A stretch of 35,677 nucleotides of DNA, from contig DATAHG010000450.1 in the NCBI GenBank assembly GCA_036263295.1, positions 1 to 35,677 of the forward strand. The letters are read 5' to 3'. Position numbers and translations under genes: made by a program. Every line of letters begins with the position of its first letter. Positions within the stretch are counted from its first letter, which is position 1. Positions 1 through 8,457 of this stretch are shown piece by piece. This DNA is from Thermoanaerobaculia bacterium (GTDB lineage Bacteria > Acidobacteriota > Thermoanaerobaculia > Multivoradales > UBA5704). The notes beneath the pieces were generated by a model, which had not been told where the DNA came from, made no database searches, and worked only from the letters and a program-made list of their open reading frames with translations.

Positions 1-4
1 CGCG

Positions 5-1747
5 GTGAGCTCGCGCGACGCCTCGATGCTCGACGAGACCGACCGTCTCAAGGAGGACTTCCAGCAGCAGCTCTCCAAGCTCAGCGAGAACGGCACGGTC
101 GAGTCCGAGCGGGTGCAGAGCATCCAGGAGCTGTTCGTCGATTACTACTCCCTGGCGCGCAAGAACTCCGAGGAGATGATCTCCGGCGACGCCGACGAGG
201 GGCTGGTGACCTCGCTGGAGTCGATGAAGCGGCAGCAGAACGCGATCAAGCTGTCGCTGCAGGAGCTCACCGAGCAGACCAACAGCCGGATGACCGACGC
301 CTTCGACGGGGCGCTCGCCAATCAGGCCATGTCGAACCGGGTCATCACCATCGTGACCGGGCTGAGCGTGCTGTTCCTGTTCGTGCTCTCCTTCGTGGTC
401 ATCCGGTCGCTCACCCAGCCGCTCGCGGAGTCGGTCGAGGCGGCCCGCCGGCTCGCGCTCGGCGACATGACGGTGCAGATCGAGGCGCGGGCCCGCGACG
501 AGGTGGGGGAGCTGTCGCTCGCCATGGCGCGGATGGTCGAATACCTGCGCGAGATGGCGAGCGTGGCCGACTCGATCGCGGCGGGCGACCTGCGGGTCGA
601 GGTGGAGTCGCGCTCCGAGGTGGACGTGTTCGGCAACGCCTTCCACCGCATGAGCTCGAACCTGCGGCATATGATCGGCGACGTAAAAGAGTCGGCCTCC
701 CAGGTGGCCGCCACCGCCGACGAGATCTCCGCCTCGGCGCTGCAGATGAAGCGCGGCGCCGAGAGCCAGTCGGCGTCCACCGAGGAGACCTCGGCCACGA
801 TGGTCGAGATGGCCACCCAGATCGACAGCATCAACCGCTCGACCCAGGCCCTGGCCGCCAACGTGGACGAGACCTCCAGCTCGATCGAGGAGATGGGGAT
901 CTCGATCGAGGAGGTGGCCCACAGCTCCGAGGACCTCCTGACCTCGGTGGGGGAGACCTCGTCCACGATCGAGGAGATGATCGCCTCGACGCGCTCGATC
1001 GCCGGCCGGGTGCAGGTGGTCGACGAGGTCTCGCGGGTCGCCGCCCAGGCCGCCACCGAGGGCGGGGAGCGGCTGTCGCGGGTCATCCTGGGGATCGGCG
1101 CCTCGACCAAGGACATCGGCAAGATCGTCCGCATGATCGGCGAGTTCGCCGACCAGACCAACCTCCTGGCGCTCAACGCCGCGATCGAGGCGGCGCGCGC
1201 CGGCGACGCCGGCCGCGGCTTCGCCGTGGTGGCCGAGGAGGTGAAGCGCCTGGCCGAGCGCTCGATGAACTCGACGCGCGAGATCACCACCTTCGTCGAT
1301 TCGGTGCAGCGCGACACCGAGGAGGCCGTGCAGCTCTCCCAGAAGGTCCTGCAGCAGATCGTCGATGCCGTCACCCGGACCACCGACCTGGTGCGCGACG
1401 TCCACGGCGCCACCCAGGAGCAGAGCCAGGGGGCGGCCCAGATCCTCAAGACCTCTAGCGGCATGCAGAACATCACCCAGCAGCTCGCCGCGGCGGCTCG
1501 CGAGCAGGCCAATGGCGCGCGGCAGATCATGAAGGCCGTCGAGGCGATGAACCGGATGACGCAGCAGGTGGCCGACGCCACCAACGAGCAGAAGCGCGGC
1601 GGCGACCAGGTCGTCCGCGCCGTGGACCAGATCGCCCAGGTGGCCCAGCAGTACCTGTCGGCGACCGAGCAGCTTTCGAACGCGACCCAGAACCTGGCCA
1701 GTGAGGCCGAACGCCTGAAGAAGCTGTCCGCGGTCTTCCAGGTCTGA
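5..1747 (+). CDS. methyl-accepting chemotaxis protein, probably 5'-truncated by the window edge
   Basis: One TM segment ([21 protein letters not shown]) is followed by a HAMP-like region. The signature MCP signalling hairpin [39 protein letters not shown] is present. No N-terminal TM1 is seen and the frame is open to the window start. Confidence 0.9.
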   Translation: MSSRDASMLDETDRLKEDFQQQLSKLSENGTVESERVQSIQELFVDYYSLARKNSEEMISGDADEGLVTSLESMKRQQNAIKLSLQELTEQTNSRMTDAFDGALANQAMSNRVITIVTGLSVLFLFVLSFVVIRSLTQPLAESVEAARRLALGDMTVQIEARARDEVGELSLAMARMVEYLREMASVADSIAAGDLRVEVESRSEVDVFGNAFHRMSSNLRHMIGDVKESASQVAATADEISASALQMKRGAESQSASTEETSATMVEMATQIDSINRSTQALAANVDETSSSIEEMGISIEEVAHSSEDLLTSVGETSSTIEEMIASTRSIAGRVQVVDEVSRVAAQAATEGGERLSRVILGIGASTKDIGKIVRMIGEFADQTNLLALNAAIEAARAGDAGRGFAVVAEEVKRLAERSMNSTREITTFVDSVQRDTEEAVQLSQKVLQQIVDAVTRTTDLVRDVHGATQEQSQGAAQILKTSSGMQNITQQLAAAAREQANGARQIMKAVEAMNRMTQQVADATNEQKRGGDQVVRAVDQIAQVAQQYLSATEQLSNATQNLASEAERLKKLSAVFQV

Positions 1748-1762
1748 AGATGGTGACGACGA

Positions 1763-2665
1763 GTGTCCTACGAGGAGGAGCAGGAGGGGGGGGCGGACCG
1801 GCGAATGAGCCGGGACGAGTACCTTTTGCTCAACGAGCTGATCGGCGGCCGGTTCGGGATCTCCTTTCCCCCGCACAAGCGCCGGGCGCTCGCGTCGCGC
1901 CTGGAGCCGCGCCTGCAGTCTCTCCGTCTGACCAGTTTTCTGGAGTACTCCCGCCTGCTGCGGGGCGGGCCGGCCGGCGAATGGGATCGCCTGGCCGAGC
2001 TGGTGACGAACAACGAGACGTTCTTCTTCCGCGAGACCCAGCAGTTCGTCGCCCTGTTCGACGAGGCGCTCGACGGCTTGCGGCCGGCCGCCGCTCCGAG
2101 CGGAGCGCTGCGCCTGCTCTGCGCCGGTTGCTCCTCGGGCGAGGAGGCCTACACGCTGAGCATCTTCGCGGCTCAGAGCTTCGTGCGCCTGGCCGGGCTG
2201 CCGGTCGGCATCGATGCCTTCGACCTCGACAGCAGCCGGGTCGAGATGGCGCGCCGGGCGGAGTATGGCCGGGGAGCCTTGCGCACCGCGAGCCCCGAGC
2301 AGGTCGAACGCTATTTTCAACCGTTGCCGGCAACCTTTCCCGGCCCGGGTGGAGAGACCGAGCGCTGGGTGCTGCGTCCGTCCTTCCGGACCGGCGTGCG
2401 CTTTCATCTCGCCAACATTCTCGATCTGCGCACGTTCCGCGCTCCGCACCTCTACGACGCGGTGTTCTGCCGCAACGTCCTGATCTACTTCTCTCCGGCG
2501 GCGATCCGGCGCGCCGTGGAGCACTTCGCGGCGGTGCTGCGGCCGGGCGGGTTGCTCTTCCTGGGCGCCTCGGAGTCGATCATCGGTCTGTCGGAGTGCT
2601 TCGAGACCGTGCGCTTCGCCGGCACGCTCGGCTATCGGCGGATCCTCGGAGGGATCGAGCGATGA
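1763..2665 (+). CDS. cheR: chemotaxis protein methyltransferase CheR
   Basis: CheR N-terminal helical domain (EYLLLNELIGGRFGISF, ETFFFRE) and SAM-binding motif (LRLLCAGCSSGEEAYTLSI; FCRNVLIYF). The start is GTG at 1763; an alternative ATG lies at 1805. Confidence 0.9.
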   Translation: MSYEEEQEGGADRRMSRDEYLLLNELIGGRFGISFPPHKRRALASRLEPRLQSLRLTSFLEYSRLLRGGPAGEWDRLAELVTNNETFFFRETQQFVALFDEALDGLRPAAAPSGALRLLCAGCSSGEEAYTLSIFAAQSFVRLAGLPVGIDAFDLDSSRVEMARRAEYGRGALRTASPEQVERYFQPLPATFPGPGGETERWVLRPSFRTGVRFHLANILDLRTFRAPHLYDAVFCRNVLIYFSPAAIRRAVEHFAAVLRPGGLLFLGASESIIGLSECFETVRFAGTLGYRRILGGIER

Positions 2666-3729
2666 GGGCGGTGCGGGTCGCGGTGGCGGACGACTCGTCG
2701 TTCATCCGGCGGGCCGTGGCGCGAATGTTCGAAAAGGAGCCCACCGTCCGGCTGGTGGGCTCGGCCCGCAGTGGCGAGGAGCTGCTGGATCAGATGGCGG
2801 ACTGGCAGCCCGACGTGGTGATCCTCGACCTCTCGATGCCCGGGATGGGGGGGCTCTCGACCCTCGACCGCATCATGGCGCGCCGCCCGATGCCGGTGAT
2901 CATCCTCTCGACCCACACCCGGATCGGGGCGCCGATGACCATCGAGGCGCTGCACCGCGGGGCGGTGGATTTCATCGACAAGCAGTGCTATTCGCTGGTC
3001 GATTTCGAGGCCCTGCGCGGCGTGCTGCTGGAGAAGATCTGCCAGGTCACGGGCTCGTCCCGGCGTGCCCTGCGGGGAGCGGCGGCGTCCAATCCCTTCC
3101 CGACCCGACGGGTGGCGGCCTGGACCGCTCCCGACCTGGTGGTGATCGGCGCCTCGACGGGCGGTCCGCCGGCGCTCGAAGGGATCCTGCGCGATCTCGG
3201 CGGCGACGTGCCGGTGCCGATCGCGGTGGTCCAGCACATGCCGGTCGGGTTTACCCGCGCCTTCGCGGAACGACTCGACTCCTACCTGCCGTTGCGGGTG
3301 CGGGAGGCGGTGAGCGGCGAGGCCCTGCAGCCGGGATCGGTCTACATCGCCCCGGCGGGGATCCACCTGCGGATCATCCGGCAGTCCGACGGGTTGCGGG
3401 CGCTGCTCGATCCGCAGCCGGACAACAGCCTGCACTGCCCGTCGGTGGACGTGCTGTTCAACTCGGCCGGAGAGGCGGTGGGGCGGCGGGCGGTCGGAGT
3501 GCTGCTGACCGGCATGGGCCAGGACGGCGCCAAGGGGATGGCCGAGCTGGCCCGGTGCGGCGCCTACACCATTGCGCAGGATGAGGCGTCTTGTGTTGTG
3601 TACGGAATGCCGCGGGCCGCTGTGGCGGCCGGCGGAGTGTGCGAGACTCTGCCCCTCGCGCACATCGGCGGCCGGATCAGCCGCCTGCTGCTCGGCCCGG
3701 GAGAAGGGGGACCCGGGCGGGAGGAATGA
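2662..3729 (+). CDS. cheB: protein-glutamate methylesterase CheB (receiver plus methylesterase)
   Basis: ATG at 2662 overlaps the cheR stop (ATGA). Receiver motifs are VAVADDS and VVILDLSMPGMGG. Esterase motifs are GASTGGP, VVQHMP and GMGQDGA. The upstream part of ORF 1750..3729 is just an open frame running over cheR. Confidence 0.9.
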   Translation: MRAVRVAVADDSSFIRRAVARMFEKEPTVRLVGSARSGEELLDQMADWQPDVVILDLSMPGMGGLSTLDRIMARRPMPVIILSTHTRIGAPMTIEALHRGAVDFIDKQCYSLVDFEALRGVLLEKICQVTGSSRRALRGAAASNPFPTRRVAAWTAPDLVVIGASTGGPPALEGILRDLGGDVPVPIAVVQHMPVGFTRAFAERLDSYLPLRVREAVSGEALQPGSVYIAPAGIHLRIIRQSDGLRALLDPQPDNSLHCPSVDVLFNSAGEAVGRRAVGVLLTGMGQDGAKGMAELARCGAYTIAQDEASCVVYGMPRAAVAAGGVCETLPLAHIGGRISRLLLGPGEGGPGREE

Positions 3730-3777
3730 GCTTTTCTGAAATCTTATGATTTCTTGTCCGGAACTTGGAGGAATGCC

Positions 3778-4182
3778 ATGCAGCCGAACAAAGTGCTGGT
3801 CATCGACGACTCACAGGTGATTCACCGGATGTTCTCGGTCATCCTGCCGAAGACGACGCTGGTCTACGCCGTCGACGGCCAGGATGCTCTGGAGCGTCTG
3901 GCCCAGCATCCGGAGGTTGACCTCATCTTTCTCGACATCAACATGCCCCGGATGAACGGCATCGATTTCCTGCACCAGGTCAAGGGAGACCCGGTGCTGG
4001 CTCAGATCCCGATCGTCATCATCAGCACCGAGGGCAAGGAGGTCGACACCATCCGGGGTCTCAAGGCGGGCGCCGCGGCCTACGTCAAGAAGCCGTTCCG
4101 CAGCGAGACGATCCTGGAGGTCACCAAGCGGGTCCTGGGGCGCAGCACCAAGGTCCTCTCGGCCGAGTGGCTGGCGCCCTGA
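3778..4182 (+). CDS. cheY: single-domain CheY-like response regulator
   Basis: GGAGG lies 6 nt before the ATG at 3778. Receiver residues are VLVIDDSQ, DLIFLDINMP, IISTEG and YVKKPF. There is no output domain, and the gene sits directly after cheB. Confidence 0.75.
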   Translation: MQPNKVLVIDDSQVIHRMFSVILPKTTLVYAVDGQDALERLAQHPEVDLIFLDINMPRMNGIDFLHQVKGDPVLAQIPIVIISTEGKEVDTIRGLKAGAAAYVKKPFRSETILEVTKRVLGRSTKVLSAEWLAP

Positions 4183-4218
4183 GGCACCGGCCGGCTCCGG
4201 GGAGACCGGAGGCAGGCC

Positions 4219-5409
4219 CTACCGGGGCATGCCGCCCTGGGCGGGCTTGCCGGACTTGCCGGAGGCCTCCGCGGGCAGTGGCCGGAAGGATCCCTTCTGG
4301 ACCTGCACCAGGGTGATCGGTTTATCGACCTCGCCGAAGGAATCGAAGCTCATGGTCCCGCCGATGCCGGGGTAGTTCTTCACGGCATAGAGACCCTTCT
4401 TCAGGCTCTCTCCATCCCGGGCGCCCGACCGGATCTGGTCGGCGATCAGGTGGATCGCGTCATACGCGTTGGCGGCGAGGAAGTCGGGCGGGCTCCCGAA
4501 CCGCTTTTCATAGGACGCGACGAAAGCCTGGACGCGCGGGTCGCTCGACTCGGGGTCGAAGGGCGCGCTGCCGCCGACCAGCCCCTCGGCGGCGGTACCG
4601 GCAATGTCCAGCAGCTTGGGGCTGATGGCGGCGGCGCTGGCGAAGAATTGCGGCTTGAAGCCGAGCTCCGCCGACTGTTTGAGGATCAGGCCGAGCTCGC
4701 GGTCGAGCCCCGCCAGGTAGACCGCTTCCGGCGCCTTGTCGCGCAGGCGCTGGATCTGCTCGCGGTAGTCCGTCTTCCCCTCCTCAAAGCTGACGGTCGG
4801 CGGCGGCGTGGCGATCCCGAGCCGCAGCACCGCATCGACGAAGGCGTCCCGGTACGAGATGCCGTTGGCCGAGCGCGAGTGGAGGACCGCGAAGCGCTTC
4901 TCCGCGAACCGCTCCACCGCGATCCGGGCGATCGCCTCCGCCTGGCGCGAGGCGCTCTCGCGGTTGCGGAAGACGTAGTCCCCGGCGTTCTTGATGTCGT
5001 CGCTGCCGGCGAAGGGGGAGAGGAGGACGACCTTGCGCTGGTTGGCGAGGGGGGCGCAGGCCAGCACCTCGTCGCTCAGCAGGAAGCCCACCGCGGCGGT
5101 GATCTTCTCCTTTTCGATCAGGCCCTGGAAGGCGGCGCGGGCCTGGTCGCGGCTCGACTCGGTGTTCTGGGTCACGAGGCGCAGCGGCTTGCCCTTGAAG
5201 TCGCCCGCGTTCAGCTCGTCGATCGCCAGCTTGAAACCGTTCTGGGCGCGCTCGCCGTAGCTGGCGCCGCGCCCGCTCAGGCAGAGGACGGCGCCGATCT
5301 TGTACTCGGTCGGCTCGGGCTCGCCGCGGCTGCACGACGAGCTCAGCGCACATGTCATCGAGACGACAACCAGGGCCAGCCAGGGCGACAGCCGTCGGCG
5401 TGGGCTCAT
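4219..5409 (-). CDS. ABC-type branched-chain amino acid (LivJ/Peripla_BP_6-like) substrate-binding protein, probable lipoprotein
   Basis: Signal peptide with Cys (LALVVVSMTCALSSSCS). The type I periplasmic binding fold looks typical (KIGAVLCLSGRGASYGE, FKPQFF). GGAGG precedes the ATG. No permease or ATPase gene is adjacent. Confidence 0.75.
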   Translation of the reverse strand: MSPRRRLSPWLALVVVSMTCALSSSCSRGEPEPTEYKIGAVLCLSGRGASYGERAQNGFKLAIDELNAGDFKGKPLRLVTQNTESSRDQARAAFQGLIEKEKITAAVGFLLSDEVLACAPLANQRKVVLLSPFAGSDDIKNAGDYVFRNRESASRQAEAIARIAVERFAEKRFAVLHSRSANGISYRDAFVDAVLRLGIATPPPTVSFEEGKTDYREQIQRLRDKAPEAVYLAGLDRELGLILKQSAELGFKPQFFASAAAISPKLLDIAGTAAEGLVGGSAPFDPESSDPRVQAFVASYEKRFGSPPDFLAANAYDAIHLIADQIRSGARDGESLKKGLYAVKNYPGIGGTMSFDSFGEVDKPITLVQVQKGSFRPLPAEASGKSGKPAQGGMPR

Positions 5410-5466
5410 CGAAGACCTCCGCTAGGGATTGAGGTCTGAATCTTAGCAGTCTTTGTAGAAAAAATC

Positions 5467-6108
5467 TCAGGAGACCGGAGTCGCCGGAGACGATTCGGGA
5501 GTCTGGGCCAGCCGGCCGTCGAGGTCGAGCTCGGCGGCGATCCCCTGCATGGCGGTGAGGACGTTGCCCACGTGCTCCCAGAGATCGAGGCGGCCGTCGA
5601 AGCAGACGCGGCCGAAGTCGGCGGTGGCGGCCTCGACGTGCTCGCGATCGACGCCCGCGGCGAAGGCGCGTTCCTTCCAGCGCTTCTTGATCGACTTGAC
5701 CTCCACCTCCCGCACGTCCTTGCTGGGGCGCACCAGGGCGGCGGCGAGGATCAGGCCGGTGATCTCGTCGCAGGCGAGCAGGGCGAAGTCGATGGGACGC
5801 TCGCGCTCCACCCCGGTGCCTTCGGTGTTGTGGGAGAGGATGGCGCGGACGATGTTCTCGTCGCAGCCGTGCTCGCGCAGGATCGGGGCGCCGTGCGCCG
5901 GATGGCTCTCGAGAGTCGGGTGGATCTCCCAGTCGAAGTCGTGAAGGAGGCCGGCCAGCCCCCAGGCCTCCTCGTCTTCCCCCAGCCGGGCGGCGTATCC
6001 GCGCATGGCGGCCTCTACGGCCAGCATGTGGCGCCGCAACCCCGCGGCCTGGACGTGCCGCGTCATGAGCTGCCAGGCCGCCGCCCGATCCATCGTCCCC
6101 GTCGTCAT
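5467..6108 (-). CDS. HD-domain metal-dependent phosphohydrolase
   Basis: Internal ATG at 6108 is preceded by GGAGG. The HD motif is AGLLHDFDWE, with further His residues (HPAHG, ILSHN). The upstream 90 codons of ORF 5467..6378 are Arg/Pro/Gly-rich read-through overlapping the next gene. Confidence 0.75.
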   Translation of the reverse strand: MTTGTMDRAAAWQLMTRHVQAAGLRRHMLAVEAAMRGYAARLGEDEEAWGLAGLLHDFDWEIHPTLESHPAHGAPILREHGCDENIVRAILSHNTEGTGVERERPIDFALLACDEITGLILAAALVRPSKDVREVEVKSIKKRWKERAFAAGVDREHVEAATADFGRVCFDGRLDLWEHVGNVLTAMQGIAAELDLDGRLAQTPESSPATPVS

Positions 6109-6145
6109 CGCGATACCCTCCTCAGAGGCCTCTGAAAACGCGCGG

Positions 6146-6151
6146 ATTATA
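6146..6151 (-). promoter_or_regulatory. possible -10 box (TATAAT) upstream of the HD hydrolase gene
   Basis: A perfect TATAAT on the minus strand lies 38 nt upstream of the ATG at 6108. No good -35 is present. It is followed by the 12-bp palindrome CAGAGGCCTCTG. Confidence 0.3.
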
Positions 6152-6158
6152 GCGCCTC

Positions 6159-8324
6159 CTACCCTCCGGCGGCCGCCTCCGCCGGTTCGGCGATCCGGGC
6201 CAAGCGCCCGAGGACCCGGATGTAGAGATCGAACAGGGCCTCGACGACCTGACCGCTCGCCTGGTAGAGGGCGGGCAGGTTGCTCGGGGCCGGCACCGCG
6301 GGCAGCGTCATCTCGGCCAGGGTCACCTCGCCGTGGGCGTGGTCGAACGGATAGGGCTGGCTGCGCAGGGTGGTCCACAGCCCTTCCAGCGTCCCGTGGG
6401 CCTCGCCCATCATCTCCTCGACCCGTCGGACGAGCCGGGCGTTCTGGGAGTTGTCCCCGACTTTGGACCAGAGCAGGCCGAGATGGGAGTGGAGTTGCCG
6501 CAGCTCGTGCAGGCGAGGGAGGAGACGGCTGACCGTGGCGGCACAGGCGAGCAGGCGCTCCGCCTCCGGCCGCGAAGCGCCCCCGGCGGCCCCGACCCCG
6601 GTCCCGGCGGCATTCAGCGCCAGCGCGAGGGTCAGCCGCCGGACCTCCGCCTTCTCATATCCGTCGAGCACGGGGTCCAGATCGGCCAGGCGAGCCTCGG
6701 CCCGTTGCCGGGCCTGGGCCAGGGCGGCCTCGTCCACGCGGGTGAGCTCGAAGTCCCCCGGCTTCACGGGGAGGCCGGCGCCGAGCAGGGCCTGGGCGAG
6801 CTGGCTCTTGGCGAGCAGCTCGTCGGCGTTCTGGTAGCGCTTGAGGTGCAGGACATGATCGTCGCGCTGCCGGCTGACGACCCGCCGCGCCTCGGCGAGA
6901 TCCCCGGCGGCCACCGCCGCGTCGAGGTGGGGGAGGAGGTCCGGCAGCGGCAGCGGGCGCAGCAGGCTCAGGGTCTCGGGGAACCGGCGGACGAGCGCCT
7001 CGCGGTCCTCGTCCACCTGGTTCTTGCGCTCCAGGGCCTCGTGCGTGGGCACCAGGTCCTGGGGCTTGAGGTCGTCCCCCAGCACCTCACGATAGAAGGC
7101 GTAGGAGACCGACTTCTCCAGGGAGGAGAAGTCCCGGAACAGGGCGCGGGCCGGCAGGTCGGAGGAGAAGATCCCGTCTCCCCGCTCGCGGGCGGCGTTG
7201 GCGATGCGGTCGCGGTCGGCCGGATGGGTATCGAAGAGGCGGGTCTTGCCGGAGGCGAGGTGGTGCTCGACTTCCCCGGCGATCTGCGGCGCCAGACGCT
7301 GGTGGTTGGCGGCCACCAGGTGGGGGAGGCTGTCGGCCAGCCGCCCCTCCTGCCAGAGGCCGGAGAGGTCCGACAGCGACTGCTGGTAGGCCGCTCCCAG
7401 GCAGATCAGGTCCCGCACGGTGGATTCGAACACCCGGGATCCGACCAGGCGGGCCTCGTAGCGGTCGGCGTCGAATTCCATCTGCCGCATCATCGAGGAG
7501 CTGACGGCGTGCCCGGCCATCATCAAGCCCTGGAGGATCTTCCGGCTCAGGCCCACGCAGAGGATCGCCAGGCCCCAGATCAGGGCGAGGCGGTCGCTCT
7601 CTTTCGCCGCCTCCTGGAGCTGGGCGTCGAGCGCGTCGCGCTCATAGACCAGACGGTAGAACCAGCCGTTCAGGGTGCGCACGAGATAGGTCAGGCGCAT
7701 GCCGGCGCGCTGGCCGAAGTGGCCGAACTCGTGCGCCAGGACTCCCGCGAGTTGCCGCAGCGACAGCCCCGCCACCAGGGGCAGCCCGATCGTGAGCACC
7801 AGGTCGCTACCCAGGAGGGAGACCAGGCCGCGCCGGAACGAGGCCGAGGCGTTCACCTGGCAATCGACGTGGATCTCCTTGGGCACCGGCGCGCCGACCA
7901 CCTTGCACAGGTGCTCGACGAAGTCGAACAGGATCGGCTCCTGGTTGCGGGTGAGCCGGAGCGGCTTGGCCGCCTGCGCCGGCCGGGCGAACAGCGGCTT
8001 GATCATGAAGACGACGAGGATGCCGGCCACGGCCAGCGGCGCGGAATAGAGCAGCAGCCGCAGCTTGATCGCGACCAGCCCGCCGAGGAGGACGCTCCAG
8101 GCGTGGGTGGCGTACCACGCGGCGCCCCAGATCACGCCGCCGATGAGGGCCAGGTAGACCAGCGGGAGCAGCACCATCACGACGGTCACGACCAGCAGGT
8201 TGAGCCGGTAGCTCAGCGCGGGACGGACCGAGGGGATGGTGCCGCGGAAGCCGGCAAGGATCTGTTCGCTGAGCTGGACGCCGTAGCGCGGGGGGGCGCC
8301 CGCGGCGCCGGATGCGTTGGCCAT
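6159..8324 (-). CDS. M48-family zinc metallopeptidase with N-terminal TM segments and a long C-terminal helical domain
   Basis: ATG at 8324 is preceded by GGGAGGAG. At least two N-terminal hydrophobic helices are present. The HExxH motif is LAHEFGHF, with downstream MEFDADRYEA. About 330 aa of Ala/Leu/Arg-rich C-terminal region has no motif I recognise. Confidence 0.8.
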   Translation of the reverse strand: MANASGAAGAPPRYGVQLSEQILAGFRGTIPSVRPALSYRLNLLVVTVVMVLLPLVYLALIGGVIWGAAWYATHAWSVLLGGLVAIKLRLLLYSAPLAVAGILVVFMIKPLFARPAQAAKPLRLTRNQEPILFDFVEHLCKVVGAPVPKEIHVDCQVNASASFRRGLVSLLGSDLVLTIGLPLVAGLSLRQLAGVLAHEFGHFGQRAGMRLTYLVRTLNGWFYRLVYERDALDAQLQEAAKESDRLALIWGLAILCVGLSRKILQGLMMAGHAVSSSMMRQMEFDADRYEARLVGSRVFESTVRDLICLGAAYQQSLSDLSGLWQEGRLADSLPHLVAANHQRLAPQIAGEVEHHLASGKTRLFDTHPADRDRIANAARERGDGIFSSDLPARALFRDFSSLEKSVSYAFYREVLGDDLKPQDLVPTHEALERKNQVDEDREALVRRFPETLSLLRPLPLPDLLPHLDAAVAAGDLAEARRVVSRQRDDHVLHLKRYQNADELLAKSQLAQALLGAGLPVKPGDFELTRVDEAALAQARQRAEARLADLDPVLDGYEKAEVRRLTLALALNAAGTGVGAAGGASRPEAERLLACAATVSRLLPRLHELRQLHSHLGLLWSKVGDNSQNARLVRRVEEMMGEAHGTLEGLWTTLRSQPYPFDHAHGEVTLAEMTLPAVPAPSNLPALYQASGQVVEALFDLYIRVLGRLARIAEPAEAAAGG

Positions 8325-8401
8325 TGCTCCTCCCGAATCAGGGGTTCTTCTGGAGATGTCGGGTCCGGCGGAACTGTTTCGGAAGGAAATCCGGAAACGC
8401 C

Positions 8402-8430
8402 AAAAGAAAAGGGGAGCCCGAAGGCTCCCC
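8402..8430 (-). terminator. intrinsic terminator after pnp
   Basis: Minus strand reads GGGGAGCC-UUCG-GGCUCCCC followed by UUUUCUUUU, 28 nt after the pnp stop. Confidence 0.85.
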
Positions 8431-8457
8431 TGGTACTGCCCGGCTAGAGACCGGCTT

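Noticed and set aside
1750-2661. 5' extensions of ORF-track entries: 1750..2661 before cheB, 18987..19925 before the secreted protein, 33164..34126 before def, 6109..6378 before the HD gene, 8325..8624 before M48, 17368..17511 before infB, and 13969..14034 before DUF503.
   Set aside because: The extensions overlap neighbouring genes or intergenic structure, and they translate to Arg/Pro/Gly-rich junk. In each case an internal start with a good Shine-Dalgarno sits exactly where the homologous N-terminus begins.
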